Of a stretch of DNA of 64,000 nucleotides, positions 20,049 through 29,023 are shown one piece after another. This DNA comes from Bdellovibrionota bacterium. Its GTDB lineage: Bacteria; Bdellovibrionota; UBA1018; UBA923. A program made the position numbers and the translations under genes. Location of the stretch: NCBI GenBank assembly GCA_040754655.1, contig JBFMCE010000002.1, positions 1-64,000 on the forward strand, read 5' to 3'. Under the pieces are notes generated by a model. The model worked only from the letters and a program-made list of their open reading frames with translations, made no database searches and was not told the origin of the DNA. Positions within the stretch are counted from its first letter, which is position 1; every line of letters starts with the position of its first letter.

Positions 20049-20831
20049 TCACTGAGAAGCGCGATCTTTCTTAGTCTTTTGTTCGGCCACATTACGAGCT
20101 CGTTTTGCGGCCTTTCGTTTGCCGTTTTTGCTGCCAGATACAGGTTGCTCAGCCACCGCAGTACTTGAAGTATGGATAGCCTTGATGCCTTGAAGACCCG
20201 CTTCGAGTTGCGCGACCCTTTCGTAGAGGTCTTGCCTGGCAAGTATTTCGTCTTGCGCCTGAAGCTTTCCTTCCAAGGCTTTTACCTTTGCCTCGAGCTC
20301 GGCGATTTTCGCCATCGCCGCCTCGTGCTCTTTATTGGCTAACCTGCGTTCTTGATCGACCATATCGGCATATTCAATTTCATCCATTTGGATATGGATG
20401 CCTGAACATTCTTCTTTCGGTATGTTTGAAACCTGGCTTTGAGCCCACTGAGCTTCCATACTGAATTTATTGCCACGCGTAGCATTTATTTTTAAATCCA
20501 CCCGCGACCTTGCAAAGATTTCATCAAAATCTCTATCCAAAAACTGAACGTGGCAGCGGTTGTCATCACCCACGAAGCGCTGCTCTAAAAGAGTCTGACC
20601 TTTCTGAGCACAAATCTTGTCATCAACGGTTTTGCCAAACAATTGTTTGGTTTCAGGGTCAAGCACTTCGACACGATACTCAATGCAATCGCCGTTGAGG
20701 GTGGTGTACATTTTATGGCCTGACTTGTACGGCATGTTTCGAAAACCCACGGGCTTTTGACCTGCCATCACAGTTGAGGCGATCGCAAGAGTCGCACAAG
20801 CTAGAATCAAATTTTGGGTGGAAAATTTCAT
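20049..20831 (-). CDS. Secreted four-Cys/coiled-coil protein (paralogue 3 of 3)
   Basis: SD AGGAG, signal peptide, GxC-x24-C-x18-C-x48-CxG, heptad C-terminus. Confidence 0.75.
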   Translation of the reverse strand: MKFSTQNLILACATLAIASTVMAGQKPVGFRNMPYKSGHKMYTTLNGDCIEYRVEVLDPETKQLFGKTVDDKICAQKGQTLLEQRFVGDDNRCHVQFLDRDFDEIFARSRVDLKINATRGNKFSMEAQWAQSQVSNIPKEECSGIHIQMDEIEYADMVDQERRLANKEHEAAMAKIAELEAKVKALEGKLQAQDEILARQDLYERVAQLEAGLQGIKAIHTSSTAVAEQPVSGSKNGKRKAAKRARNVAEQKTKKDRASQ

Positions 20832-20843
20832 GGGGTTACTCCT

Positions 20844-21617
20844 TTAAGGCTTTAGCGACAAGGGTTTTAAGGAAACAGAAGAAGTTTTGATCACAAGCTG
20901 CTGTTGGCCATCGCGCCTACGGGCGCTGCGAAGTTCAGCTTCAAGCTTTGCGATACGGCGGGCAGAACGTTTTTCTTTGGCTTTCAGCTCAGAGATCTGA
21001 GCTGAAAGGGCATCAAGTCTTGCAACGACATCAGACAAAGACTTTTCATTCTTTGAGTCTTTGACCATTTGCAGGTATCCATTCTTACTAATAACCCAGT
21101 AACCTTTGCATTGGCTCGATTCGCCGGGATTCGTGACTTCTGAGACAGTAAGAGGTTCCCAAGAATCAATGGACGAAGAGTTTCTTGAGTAAAGTTCACG
21201 GTATTTAATTCGGTTTTCAAAACTTGAAATCAACTCGACATGGCACTGATTGCCTTCCAGTCGTTTTCGAACGATTCGGTCTTCGCGTTCTTCTTCACAG
21301 TCGTCGTTTTCCATTTGGCGATCAACTAGGATGAGGACATCAGGAGACTGGGGGTTTTGGAGATCGGCTTTTTTAGTTTCAACCCAGAGGCTATGACAAC
21401 CGCCTTTCGAATCGACGAAACGCGCCGAACCTTCAAAGGTTGCAGAATCTAACGGGCTCATCAGCTCTTGCGCCTTGGCTGAGTCTTCGTAATAAGCGAG
21501 TAAAAAAACCGCTAGCGCCAGCTTCTTGAAAATCATGAAGGCTAAAAACGCCTTGCGATGCCGGGAAGCAGCCTTGATCAAGCCTTGAATTTTACTATCG
21601 AGATTAAATTCAATCAT
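20844..21617 (-). CDS. Secreted four-Cys/coiled-coil protein (paralogue 2 of 3)
   Basis: ATGA overlap with upstream gene; GxC-x32-C-x17-C-x44-CxG; heptad C-terminus. Confidence 0.75.
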   Translation of the reverse strand: MIEFNLDSKIQGLIKAASRHRKAFLAFMIFKKLALAVFLLAYYEDSAKAQELMSPLDSATFEGSARFVDSKGGCHSLWVETKKADLQNPQSPDVLILVDRQMENDDCEEEREDRIVRKRLEGNQCHVELISSFENRIKYRELYSRNSSSIDSWEPLTVSEVTNPGESSQCKGYWVISKNGYLQMVKDSKNEKSLSDVVARLDALSAQISELKAKEKRSARRIAKLEAELRSARRRDGQQQLVIKTSSVSLKPLSLKP

Positions 21618-22327
21618 TTCTTTTTCGCACCCTTTTCTGAGAGCTTGCGAGAATACGGTACTTTCCTAACGGAAGCCCCGTCTTCGTAAGTCTTGCTTGC
21701 GATTATGGCCCTCGCCTTCAACAAAAGATCAGTTCGATCATCTTCAAGTTGCTGCAAGCGCGTGAGTGCTTCGTTTGTAGCGCCACCCCTCATCGATCCA
21801 TTCTGATCAGCGTTCTCAATGGTCTTTCTTACATCATTGATGTCAGTATCGATTTGGGCGAGCCTCGCAATTTGCTCATAGGTGTCGTAGATCGAGGCAT
21901 CTAGGGTAAAGATGCCATCGCAGACGCTCTTGTTCATAAAACTGATCGGACCAACGTGTTCCCACTCTAAAGGAGAACTAAACGCAGAAAGATGCTGCAA
22001 TTGGTCCGGCCTGAAACTTTCAAGTAAACCTCGGATAGAGTACATTTGACACTTTTCATTTTCGACCCTGTATTGAACTAGGTACCGAACAGAAATAGAG
22101 TCGCAGGCCGAGCCCTTATCTACCCTGCCTGCCAGTTCGTCGTTTTTCTCGGCATCCTTCCTGATCTCGTAGCTGACACAAAGACCTGTATCCGTCTTGC
22201 TGTGGATTCTAGTGCCATTGTCATACCTTTGAAACAACGACTCAGACTCAGATTCACCTTGAGCGGTATCAATCAATATTATTGATAGAAGGGCCATTCC
22301 AATCGCCCGATAAGCGTTTTTTTTCAT
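21614..22327 (-). CDS. Secreted four-Cys/coiled-coil protein (paralogue 1 of 3)
   Basis: ATG 22327 (MKKNAY), signal peptide; GxC-x24-C-x17-C-x42-CxG. Confidence 0.75.
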   Translation of the reverse strand: MKKNAYRAIGMALLSIILIDTAQGESESESLFQRYDNGTRIHSKTDTGLCVSYEIRKDAEKNDELAGRVDKGSACDSISVRYLVQYRVENEKCQMYSIRGLLESFRPDQLQHLSAFSSPLEWEHVGPISFMNKSVCDGIFTLDASIYDTYEQIARLAQIDTDINDVRKTIENADQNGSMRGGATNEALTRLQQLEDDRTDLLLKARAIIASKTYEDGASVRKVPYSRKLSEKGAKKK

Positions 22328-22355
22328 TTCATCTCTCTCTATAAAGAGAGATAAC

Positions 22356-22398
22356 TGCAACCTTGGTACCAGCAAAAACACAACCTAAGTCATTGAAA
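22356..22398 (-). promoter_or_regulatory. Sigma54-type promoter with adjacent IHF-like site
   Basis: Minus strand TGGTAC-CAAGG-TTGCA (22371-22356); TTTCAATGACTTA (22398-22386) is one mismatch from WATCAANNNNTTR. Confidence 0.65.
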
Positions 22399-22740
22399 CC
22401 ATTCGGTGATGTAGGTCTGACACACCCTAAAAACATTGTTCAATGTAAACGCCTTCGACACCCCGAGAGAGCCTCTTTCGCTATTTAGGATAGTTCCTGT
22501 ACCGCCACCCGTGGGTGGTGAGTCTCAAAACTTATCGGTTATTTTCTTTTTGCCCAAGCTGACGAAAGTTTCTTATCGAGAGTTATGAGTTCAAGATTCA
22601 GTTCGTTCGCCAGCCAGAAATAGCTAGCATTTTGCTTATGGAAAGTAGGCACTTTTTTCCTCTCTCATACGGCCAAATACGCAAACGTACTCAAGTTATC
22701 TCACCCCCCAGCCGAAACGAGTGTTGAGAGAGAATAAATC

Positions 22741-23751
22741 ATGCCAAAAATCACACGTAAAAAGAGAACCAGATCGAAACGAAGTGCCTTTGCGGGGTTA
22801 TTTTCGCAATTTTCGCAATTCGCCCGGGCGATTGCGACTACTAAGAAGCGTCGATCGAGAAAACGGTCGCACCAAGATCACCTGCAACCGTTGACCTGGA
22901 TTCTTCCCACCCTGCTTCTTGCGATCACGCTGGGCATCGTGATCAAATACAATAAAAATTCCGTGAAGCATCCGGTGGCCATCACTTCGGCGAAACTCAT
23001 CCACTTGTTTGAGGACGCGCAGAATCACCCACTGGGCGAAAAGGTCGCTTTTTGGAGCGAAAAACTGCTCAAAAACCCAAACTTACTCGTACCCATAGGT
23101 TCAGGACCCGAAGTGAGTGATACAGCCCCTTTGTTTCCCCGCGGTTATGATTGCACGACTTACGTTGAAATCGTAGGTGCCCTGGCTCGAAGCGAAAGTG
23201 GCGAACAACTGGCTGATCGCGTGATCGAGATCCGGTACCGCAATGGCGAAGTTTCTTACGCCACAAGGAATCATTTCCCTGAAGCCGACTGGATCCCAAA
23301 CAACGAAAAAGCCGGCGTGTTGAAAGACATCACCATTCAAGTCGCTCGCAAGTCAGGTTTTGTCGCTGGTTTCGTGAACAAAGACATCGACAGACTTGCC
23401 TGGTTCAAAGGGCAAGGAAATGAGCATGCTAAGCGCATTATCGCAAGATCACCGACTTCAGAAGAATCCAAAACTGTAAGGCTTGCTTACATCCCGGCTG
23501 AAAAAATGATGGCTAGCCTTCAACATATTCCGCAGGGCGCCGTGATCAACGTCGTGCGCGAGAACAAGGCGCGCCAACCCGTTTTGATCACCCATCAAGG
23601 TTTTCTGATCTGGAAAAAAGGCGTTGCTTACTTCCGTCATGCGTCACGCAACAAAGAAATCACCGAGATGCCTTTAACGACGTATTTAAGACAAGTAAGC
23701 CGCATGCCTTGGCGCGTTCTTGGTTTCAATGTGAACGCTTTTCAAGGTTAA
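22741..23751 (+). CDS. DUF1460 / NlpC-P60-like N-acetylmuramoyl-L-alanine amidase, membrane anchored
   Basis: DCTTYVE, IRYRNG...RNHF..DW, THQG, RHAS. Confidence 0.8.
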   Translation: MPKITRKKRTRSKRSAFAGLFSQFSQFARAIATTKKRRSRKRSHQDHLQPLTWILPTLLLAITLGIVIKYNKNSVKHPVAITSAKLIHLFEDAQNHPLGEKVAFWSEKLLKNPNLLVPIGSGPEVSDTAPLFPRGYDCTTYVEIVGALARSESGEQLADRVIEIRYRNGEVSYATRNHFPEADWIPNNEKAGVLKDITIQVARKSGFVAGFVNKDIDRLAWFKGQGNEHAKRIIARSPTSEESKTVRLAYIPAEKMMASLQHIPQGAVINVVRENKARQPVLITHQGFLIWKKGVAYFRHASRNKEITEMPLTTYLRQVSRMPWRVLGFNVNAFQG

Positions 23752-23808
23752 TTATAACTAACTACTGCTAAAATATCGCGCGATCTGAAACTGTGGTAGA
23801 AGAAGGTC

Positions 23809-24798
23809 ATGGAGCACTTCTTTACCCTCACTCCTGAGCGCATGCTAGACTCGGTCGAGCGCGCGCTAAGATCAAATCAAACTGGCGTGCGAGCCACTGG
23901 CAGATGCCTGGCGCTGAATAGCATGGAAAATCGCGTTTACGAAATCGAGCTCGACAACGAAACCAGCGTTGTAACCAAGTTCTATCGGCCCGGCCGATGG
24001 ACTAAGGAAGCGATACTGGACGAACACCAGTTCATCCGCCAACTCGCCGAGGCCGAGGTACCCGCTGTCACCCCGCTGATTTTGGCGAATGACACGACTC
24101 TTGAGCAGTCAGAAGATGGGATCTACTTTGCGGTCTTTCCAAAAGTTCGTGGAAGGATCTTGCAAGAACTTGACGACTTGCAACTCGCGCAAATGGGGCG
24201 CCTTTTGGGAAGGCTGCATAACGTCGGCGAGAAACAAGCTGCTCCTCACCGCGTGACGCTCAGTATTGAAACTTATGGCAAACAGAGTTTGAATTTCATT
24301 GAGAACTCTGGCCTTCTCCACCCGAACTTCAAATCGCGTTATCTTGAGGTGGTGCAAGCCCTTCTTGCCGAAATTGAGCCGCTGCTCGCAGGAGTAAGAG
24401 CGTTCAGGGTTCATGGCGATTGCCATCTTGGAAATGTGCTCTGGCAACCTAATGGCCCTTTTTTCATCGATTTTGATGACATGGTGGTTGCACCGGCGGT
24501 GCAAGACATTTGGATGGCGGTAAGAGGACGAGGATCCGAAGCCGACCGCCAACGCGATGTCTTGCTTGCAGGTTATGAACAAATGCGCGCTTTTGATCGA
24601 GGGACATTGGTACTCGTAGAACCGCTGCGCTCACTGAGAATGATTCACTATGCTGCGTGGATTGCGCGAAGGTGGGATGACCCGACCTTCAAAAACGCTT
24701 TTCCAGATTTCGGCACGACGAAGTACTGGCAAGAAGAGATCGTGGATTTGAGTGAGCAATTGCAAATCATTAGGGAACGGCAAACGCAGTGGAATTGA
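23809..24798 (+). CDS. srkA: Stress-response Ser/Thr kinase SrkA/RdoA (YihE)
   Basis: LNSMENRVY, KFYRPGRW, HGDCHLGN, DFDD, WIARRWDDPTF. Confidence 0.92.
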   Translation: MEHFFTLTPERMLDSVERALRSNQTGVRATGRCLALNSMENRVYEIELDNETSVVTKFYRPGRWTKEAILDEHQFIRQLAEAEVPAVTPLILANDTTLEQSEDGIYFAVFPKVRGRILQELDDLQLAQMGRLLGRLHNVGEKQAAPHRVTLSIETYGKQSLNFIENSGLLHPNFKSRYLEVVQALLAEIEPLLAGVRAFRVHGDCHLGNVLWQPNGPFFIDFDDMVVAPAVQDIWMAVRGRGSEADRQRDVLLAGYEQMRAFDRGTLVLVEPLRSLRMIHYAAWIARRWDDPTFKNAFPDFGTTKYWQEEIVDLSEQLQIIRERQTQWN

Positions 24799-24819
24799 GT
24801 TGCAGGCGCTCCAGAAACA

Positions 24820-24849
24820 GAATCGGGCACCGTTAACCGCTAACGGCTA
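24820..24849 (+). repeat. 30-bp direct repeat, copy 1
   Basis: GAATCGGGCACCGTTAACCGCTAACGGCTA, identical to 25570-25599. Confidence 0.97.
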
Positions 24850-24859
24850 ACAGCACAAC

Positions 24860-25156
24860 TCACCTGGGATGAACCAATCGATAAACGATTGCACCAAGCC
24901 TATCGGCAATAGAAAACACTTCTTTCTGATCAAGGATTTGCAGAATACTTTGAGTCTCTCTGAGTGACCCCAACGCAATGGCATAAAACCTTCTTTGTTC
25001 AGGTTGAGTCGTTTTTGCAGAACCTTCGCTGAGATTTAAAACCACACTCAAGCTTGCCCGATCAAGTTGGTCTTTCAGATGGCGTTTTGCTTTCAACTTC
25101 TCACATTGCTTGTAGAGCGTAAGCGCTAATTCATAGGCTTGAAAATTTTTGAGCAT
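24860..25156 (-). CDS. Four-helix-bundle protein (23S rRNA IVP / Avd-like family)
   Basis: LKDQLDRASLSVVLNLSEG, RFYAIALGSLRE; SD AGGAGG. Confidence 0.9.
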   Translation of the reverse strand: MLKNFQAYELALTLYKQCEKLKAKRHLKDQLDRASLSVVLNLSEGSAKTTQPEQRRFYAIALGSLRETQSILQILDQKEVFSIADRLGAIVYRLVHPR

Positions 25157-25163
25157 AAGGTCT

Positions 25164-25235
25164 TTCCTCCTTCATTTTGAAAAAATTGAGTTCTCATCGT
25201 GGTGTGAACTCAATTTTTTCAAAATGAAGGAGGAA
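25164..25235. repeat. Perfect 30-bp inverted repeat with 12-nt spacer, containing both SD sequences
   Basis: 25164-25193 TTCCTCCTTCATTTTGAAAAAATTGAGTTC is the exact reverse complement of 25206-25235. Confidence 0.97.
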
Positions 25236-25243
25236 CAATAAAG

Positions 25244-25561
25244 ATGATTCAAAATTTTCAAGCCTATGAATTGGCATTACAACTCTACCGCAAGGTTGAG
25301 ACGATCGAATTAAAACACCATCTGAAAGACCAACTCCTGAGAGCAAGTCAGAGTGTCGTGCTTAATCTTGCAGAAGGTTCCGCAAAACCGACTTGGAAAG
25401 ACAAAACAAGGTTTTATGCCATTGCGTTTGGATCAATGAGAGAAGTTCAAGCCGTGTTTGATCTCATCTTGTTAGAAGATGCTGAAACACTAAAACTTGC
25501 TGATCGTATTGCAGCTTGTCTTTACCGTCTCACTTACCGCAACCGGCCACCGGATCGGTGA
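25244..25561 (+). CDS. Four-helix-bundle protein (23S rRNA IVP / Avd-like family), paralogue
   Basis: LKDQLLRASQSVVLNLAEG, RFYAIAFGSMRE; about 53 of 98 residues identical to the divergent copy by hand alignment. Confidence 0.9.
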   Translation: MIQNFQAYELALQLYRKVETIELKHHLKDQLLRASQSVVLNLAEGSAKPTWKDKTRFYAIAFGSMREVQAVFDLILLEDAETLKLADRIAACLYRLTYRNRPPDR

Positions 25562-25569
25562 CCGATTCG

Positions 25570-25599
25570 GAATCGGGCACCGTTAACCGCTAACGGCTA
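25570..25599 (+). repeat. 30-bp direct repeat, copy 2
   Basis: Identical to 24820-24849, offset exactly 750 bp. Confidence 0.97.
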
Positions 25600-25607
25600 T
25601 CCGTTTT

Positions 25608-26963
25608 TTAATGCCCTGCTGCTGCCTTTGCCGTCTTCGGTCTCGCATTCCAAAGAGTGAGCATCAACAAACCACCGACGACCGCAAAACCGATCATCGA
25701 AGGTCCCCAAGCCGCCCAGCCAAAACGATCGAGAAGATAACCCATTCCAATGCCAACAAAAGCGCCGCCAATGTATTGCATCCCATCAAACATTCCGGCT
25801 GCAGTAGCCGCGGCTTTCTTGCCGCCAAAATCCATCGAGGCGGTCCCTGAAAGCATTGAATGCACAACGCTAATCGAGAAGGAATTCAAAACAAAGGCCG
25901 CGATAATCCAGCCCAAGCTTGGCGCCTTCCAAATAACAGCAAGACAAGCCACTTGAACGAAGTAACCCAAGAATGCGACCGGAGTGCGACGACCTTTGAA
26001 AACCCAGTCTGAAATCGTTCCCGCAAAAAAAGCGCCCGCGATACCGGCAATGACCACGGCCGCAGCCCCCTTTTGAAAAACACCGGATTCCAGAGGAAGT
26101 TTTTGCGCCTCGATCATGTAACGTGGAAACCACTGCTCAAACCCATGTCGCACAAAGCCCGTGCAAAACTCGGCAGCCGCGATCGTCAGTGTTACCGGAT
26201 TGGTGAAGACTTTCTTAAAAACATATTTAAAACTGACCTTCTCGGTATCGCCGCTGGAAGCATCTTGGACATCAAGCGCGGGCAAGCCGCACTCGTCAGG
26301 TCCATTGCGCACGAACCGGTAGGTCAAGTACGCCATGACAGCCACGACGATCGAAGGGACAAAAAAGACCCACTGCCACGGAAGGATGGTCACTAAAACC
26401 CCGCCGATGAAAAAGATCAAAGCCCGCCCGCTTTGAATCATGCTGCCGAAGATCGCCGAGAACACGCCGCGCTCGCTGATGTGGAACCAACCTGAGTTCA
26501 CCTTGATCAAAGCCAAAGCGCTGTAAGATTGAAAGTACGAGTTCATCGACCAAACTACGGTGAAATACAAAAGAAGAAATTCGCCTGTTCCCAGAAAACC
26601 AAGATAAGCGCCCAAACCAAAAAGAAAGTTAAAAACAACCGTGCCTGTCGCGCCAATGAGCATTGCGCGCCTTCCACCGATCTTATCCGCGATAGGCCCG
26701 TTGAAAAGCGCTGAAAGACCATAAATCATCAGGGCAGAACTGATGATGGTCCCCACTTGGGTCTTATCCCACCCGTACTGCGTAGAAAGAGACTTGTTTG
26801 CAAACGAGAGATTGTACCTGCCCATGTACATCGCCGCATAGGTGAACCCCAAGGTCAGCCAGTTGATACCCCGCCTGCGTCGAAATGCCATCGTATAACT
26901 GTCCGTAAAACGCGCTGGCTTTCGAATGGCGGCTCCGTTCATTGTGGCAGAAGTGTTTGACAT
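25608..26963 (-). CDS. MFS transporter, GlpT/OPA-like
   Basis: YAAMYMGRYNLS, GPIADKIGGRR, WFHISERG, GTISDWVFKGRR, AATAAGMFDG. Confidence 0.88.
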   Translation of the reverse strand: MSNTSATMNGAAIRKPARFTDSYTMAFRRRRGINWLTLGFTYAAMYMGRYNLSFANKSLSTQYGWDKTQVGTIISSALMIYGLSALFNGPIADKIGGRRAMLIGATGTVVFNFLFGLGAYLGFLGTGEFLLLYFTVVWSMNSYFQSYSALALIKVNSGWFHISERGVFSAIFGSMIQSGRALIFFIGGVLVTILPWQWVFFVPSIVVAVMAYLTYRFVRNGPDECGLPALDVQDASSGDTEKVSFKYVFKKVFTNPVTLTIAAAEFCTGFVRHGFEQWFPRYMIEAQKLPLESGVFQKGAAAVVIAGIAGAFFAGTISDWVFKGRRTPVAFLGYFVQVACLAVIWKAPSLGWIIAAFVLNSFSISVVHSMLSGTASMDFGGKKAAATAAGMFDGMQYIGGAFVGIGMGYLLDRFGWAAWGPSMIGFAVVGGLLMLTLWNARPKTAKAAAGH

Positions 26964-27062
26964 AAAGCTTCCCCTCTTTGACTTGCGACTTCCCCGAGCA
27001 GGAAACAACTAACGAGGGCGCTTTCAAGTGTCAACGGTATACGCCTTGCATTTTCCGCTCTC

Positions 27063-27572
27063 ATGTTGATCTACAAGAGTCGGGTGTTTGACCTTTACAC
27101 TACAAACGTAGGATCACGACAGGTTCCATTCGAATACGTGGGGCACCGCGGAAGCTGCGCCGCGCTCATCCTCAACCCCAATGAAGAGATTGGGCTTTTG
27201 CCCCACACGAGGCCCGCGATCGGAAAGACTTTATTTGAACTTCCGGCCGGAACGCTTGACCTTGAACTCTCGTCTGAAGACACGATGATCCAAGAGCTTA
27301 AAGAAGAGGCGGGTCTGTGCATTTCAAAGCAACAGATTCGACGCTTGACGTCACTCTATACTTCCCCAGGTTACACTTCTGAACTTCTGGCTCTTTTTTT
27401 AGTGCGCCTTCGCAAAGAACAAGCATCGGGCAACGAAAGCCTGCGGTGGTTCAGCCTCGATGAATTGGGCAAGCTGATCTGCAAAGAACAGATCGTCGAT
27501 ATGAAAACCGTAGCCGCAATCAGCCTCTATCAGGCCTTGCCGTGGGAGGAGAATTTGGATGAAAGCGCGTAA
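27063..27572 (+). CDS. NUDIX hydrolase, ADP-ribose pyrophosphatase-like
   Basis: ELPAGTL...QELKEEAGL, YTSPG, IVDMKT. Confidence 0.88.
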   Translation: MLIYKSRVFDLYTTNVGSRQVPFEYVGHRGSCAALILNPNEEIGLLPHTRPAIGKTLFELPAGTLDLELSSEDTMIQELKEEAGLCISKQQIRRLTSLYTSPGYTSELLALFLVRLRKEQASGNESLRWFSLDELGKLICKEQIVDMKTVAAISLYQALPWEENLDESA

Positions 27573-28260
27573 ACAAAAAGAATGGTGCGATTTCTCTCAC
27601 ATGGCTTTTGACATAGATGGAACCTTGCTCAACAGCAACATTGCTCATGTTTGGGCCTGGCAAGACGCCATAGAAAAAGAGAACCTCTTTTTGCCGCATA
27701 CCACGTTGTTCCTTCAGATGGGACTTCCCGGAAACCAGATCCTCGAAAAATTTTCATATGTATTTAAAGACAAAATCGTGGCGAAACGGATCGGCGAGAA
27801 CGCCGCAAAGTTCTATATAGAGAAATATGTCGACCTGATCGCGCCCTACGACGGCGTCTATGATTTTCTCTCTCTGCTCAAATCAAACCGCCGCAAGATC
27901 TATGCGCTCACCTCAGCCTCAAGCGGCGAAGCAAACTCAATGCTCAAGAGGTTCAAACTCAACCCATATTTCGATCTCGTGCTTACGAAAGAAGACCTGG
28001 GCGCAGGCAAGCCCACTGCGGAACCTTTCCTAAAACTGCGTGAAAGGCTGGGAACAAAGGCGGATCTGATTTCTTTTGGGGACAGCCCTTTTGACCTCAA
28101 GGCTTCATCGGCGGCCGGAGTGCCCTTTGTCTACCTTGGCCACGGGGGTTTTCCCCGCGAATGGTTTTCAAAAGCGCGGGCCTGCTTTTTCAACATCAAC
28201 CACATCCTAGAAAGCTTCAAAGCACGTGAAAAAGCATCGATGAAAACGGCCGCCGCCTAA
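27559..28260 (+). CDS. HAD-family hydrolase
   Basis: FDIDGTL, LTSA, GKP, GDSPFD. Confidence 0.9.
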   Translation: MKARKQKEWCDFSHMAFDIDGTLLNSNIAHVWAWQDAIEKENLFLPHTTLFLQMGLPGNQILEKFSYVFKDKIVAKRIGENAAKFYIEKYVDLIAPYDGVYDFLSLLKSNRRKIYALTSASSGEANSMLKRFKLNPYFDLVLTKEDLGAGKPTAEPFLKLRERLGTKADLISFGDSPFDLKASSAAGVPFVYLGHGGFPREWFSKARACFFNINHILESFKAREKASMKTAAA

Positions 28261-28304
28261 GCGAAGCAGAGCGGACTTCATTTCAACGGGGCAGAGAGCT
28301 CTCA

Positions 28305-28973
28305 TTACTTTACCTTGACCGCCATGGTGAGCCCCTCACCGGTGGGTAGAATGGTGGAACGAAACCTTCCTCCTTGGGCTGCCATCTGATTGAACTCGCG
28401 AAGACCCAGAACCGACTTTTGGGTTTCGGGCTCTTCAATCGCCTCATCGGTAATGCGCCCCCAGGCAAAGGTATTGTCGCCCAGAACAACCCCGCCGATG
28501 CGAAGGTTTTCCGCAGCCCATTTCAAGTAATAAGGATAGGTTTCCTTGTCGGCATCAATGAAGACCAAGTCAAAAGGTCCTTGAGACTTGATCTTAGGAA
28601 GGTTTGCCAAAGCGGAGCCCACATAAATCTCAACACGATCTGCGAACCCTGCATTTTCAAAAGATTTTTTCGCGACTTCCGCATGCAAAGGGACATATTC
28701 GAAAGTGTAGAGCTTACCTTGAGGCGACATTCCGCGCAAAATCGAAACGCCCGAGTACCCTCCAAGAGTTCCGATTTCAACTGCCTTCTGCGCTCCGATG
28801 GCCCTAGTGATCACTTCAAGGTGAAGCGCGTCCATCGAACCCACTTGAATCGCGGGCAATCCTTTTCGCTCGCACTCGATGCGAACCTCTCGTAAAATCG
28901 CATCTTCCGGACGGAATAACTTTTCCACGTAATCGACGATCTTAGGATCGTTCTGGCCAAAATTCTTGTTCAT
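28305..28973 (-). CDS. O-methyltransferase (CCoAOMT-like)
   Basis: VEIGTLGGYS, FDLVFIDADK, DN. Confidence 0.92.
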   Translation of the reverse strand: MNKNFGQNDPKIVDYVEKLFRPEDAILREVRIECERKGLPAIQVGSMDALHLEVITRAIGAQKAVEIGTLGGYSGVSILRGMSPQGKLYTFEYVPLHAEVAKKSFENAGFADRVEIYVGSALANLPKIKSQGPFDLVFIDADKETYPYYLKWAAENLRIGGVVLGDNTFAWGRITDEAIEEPETQKSVLGLREFNQMAAQGGRFRSTILPTGEGLTMAVKVK

Positions 28974-29023
28974 GTCCTGTCGGTAGTACCTTGCCTCAGG
29001 CTGTTGCGCAAGTTACTAGGCGA

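Noticed and set aside
24820..25599. Diversity-generating retroelement or 23S rRNA intervening sequence, suggested by Avd/IVP-like genes
   Set aside because: No reverse transcriptase, no template/variable repeat pair seen and no rRNA in the window
24820..25599. CRISPR array, suggested by a 30-bp hairpin-containing direct repeat
   Set aside because: Only two copies 750 bp apart with genes between; no cas genes
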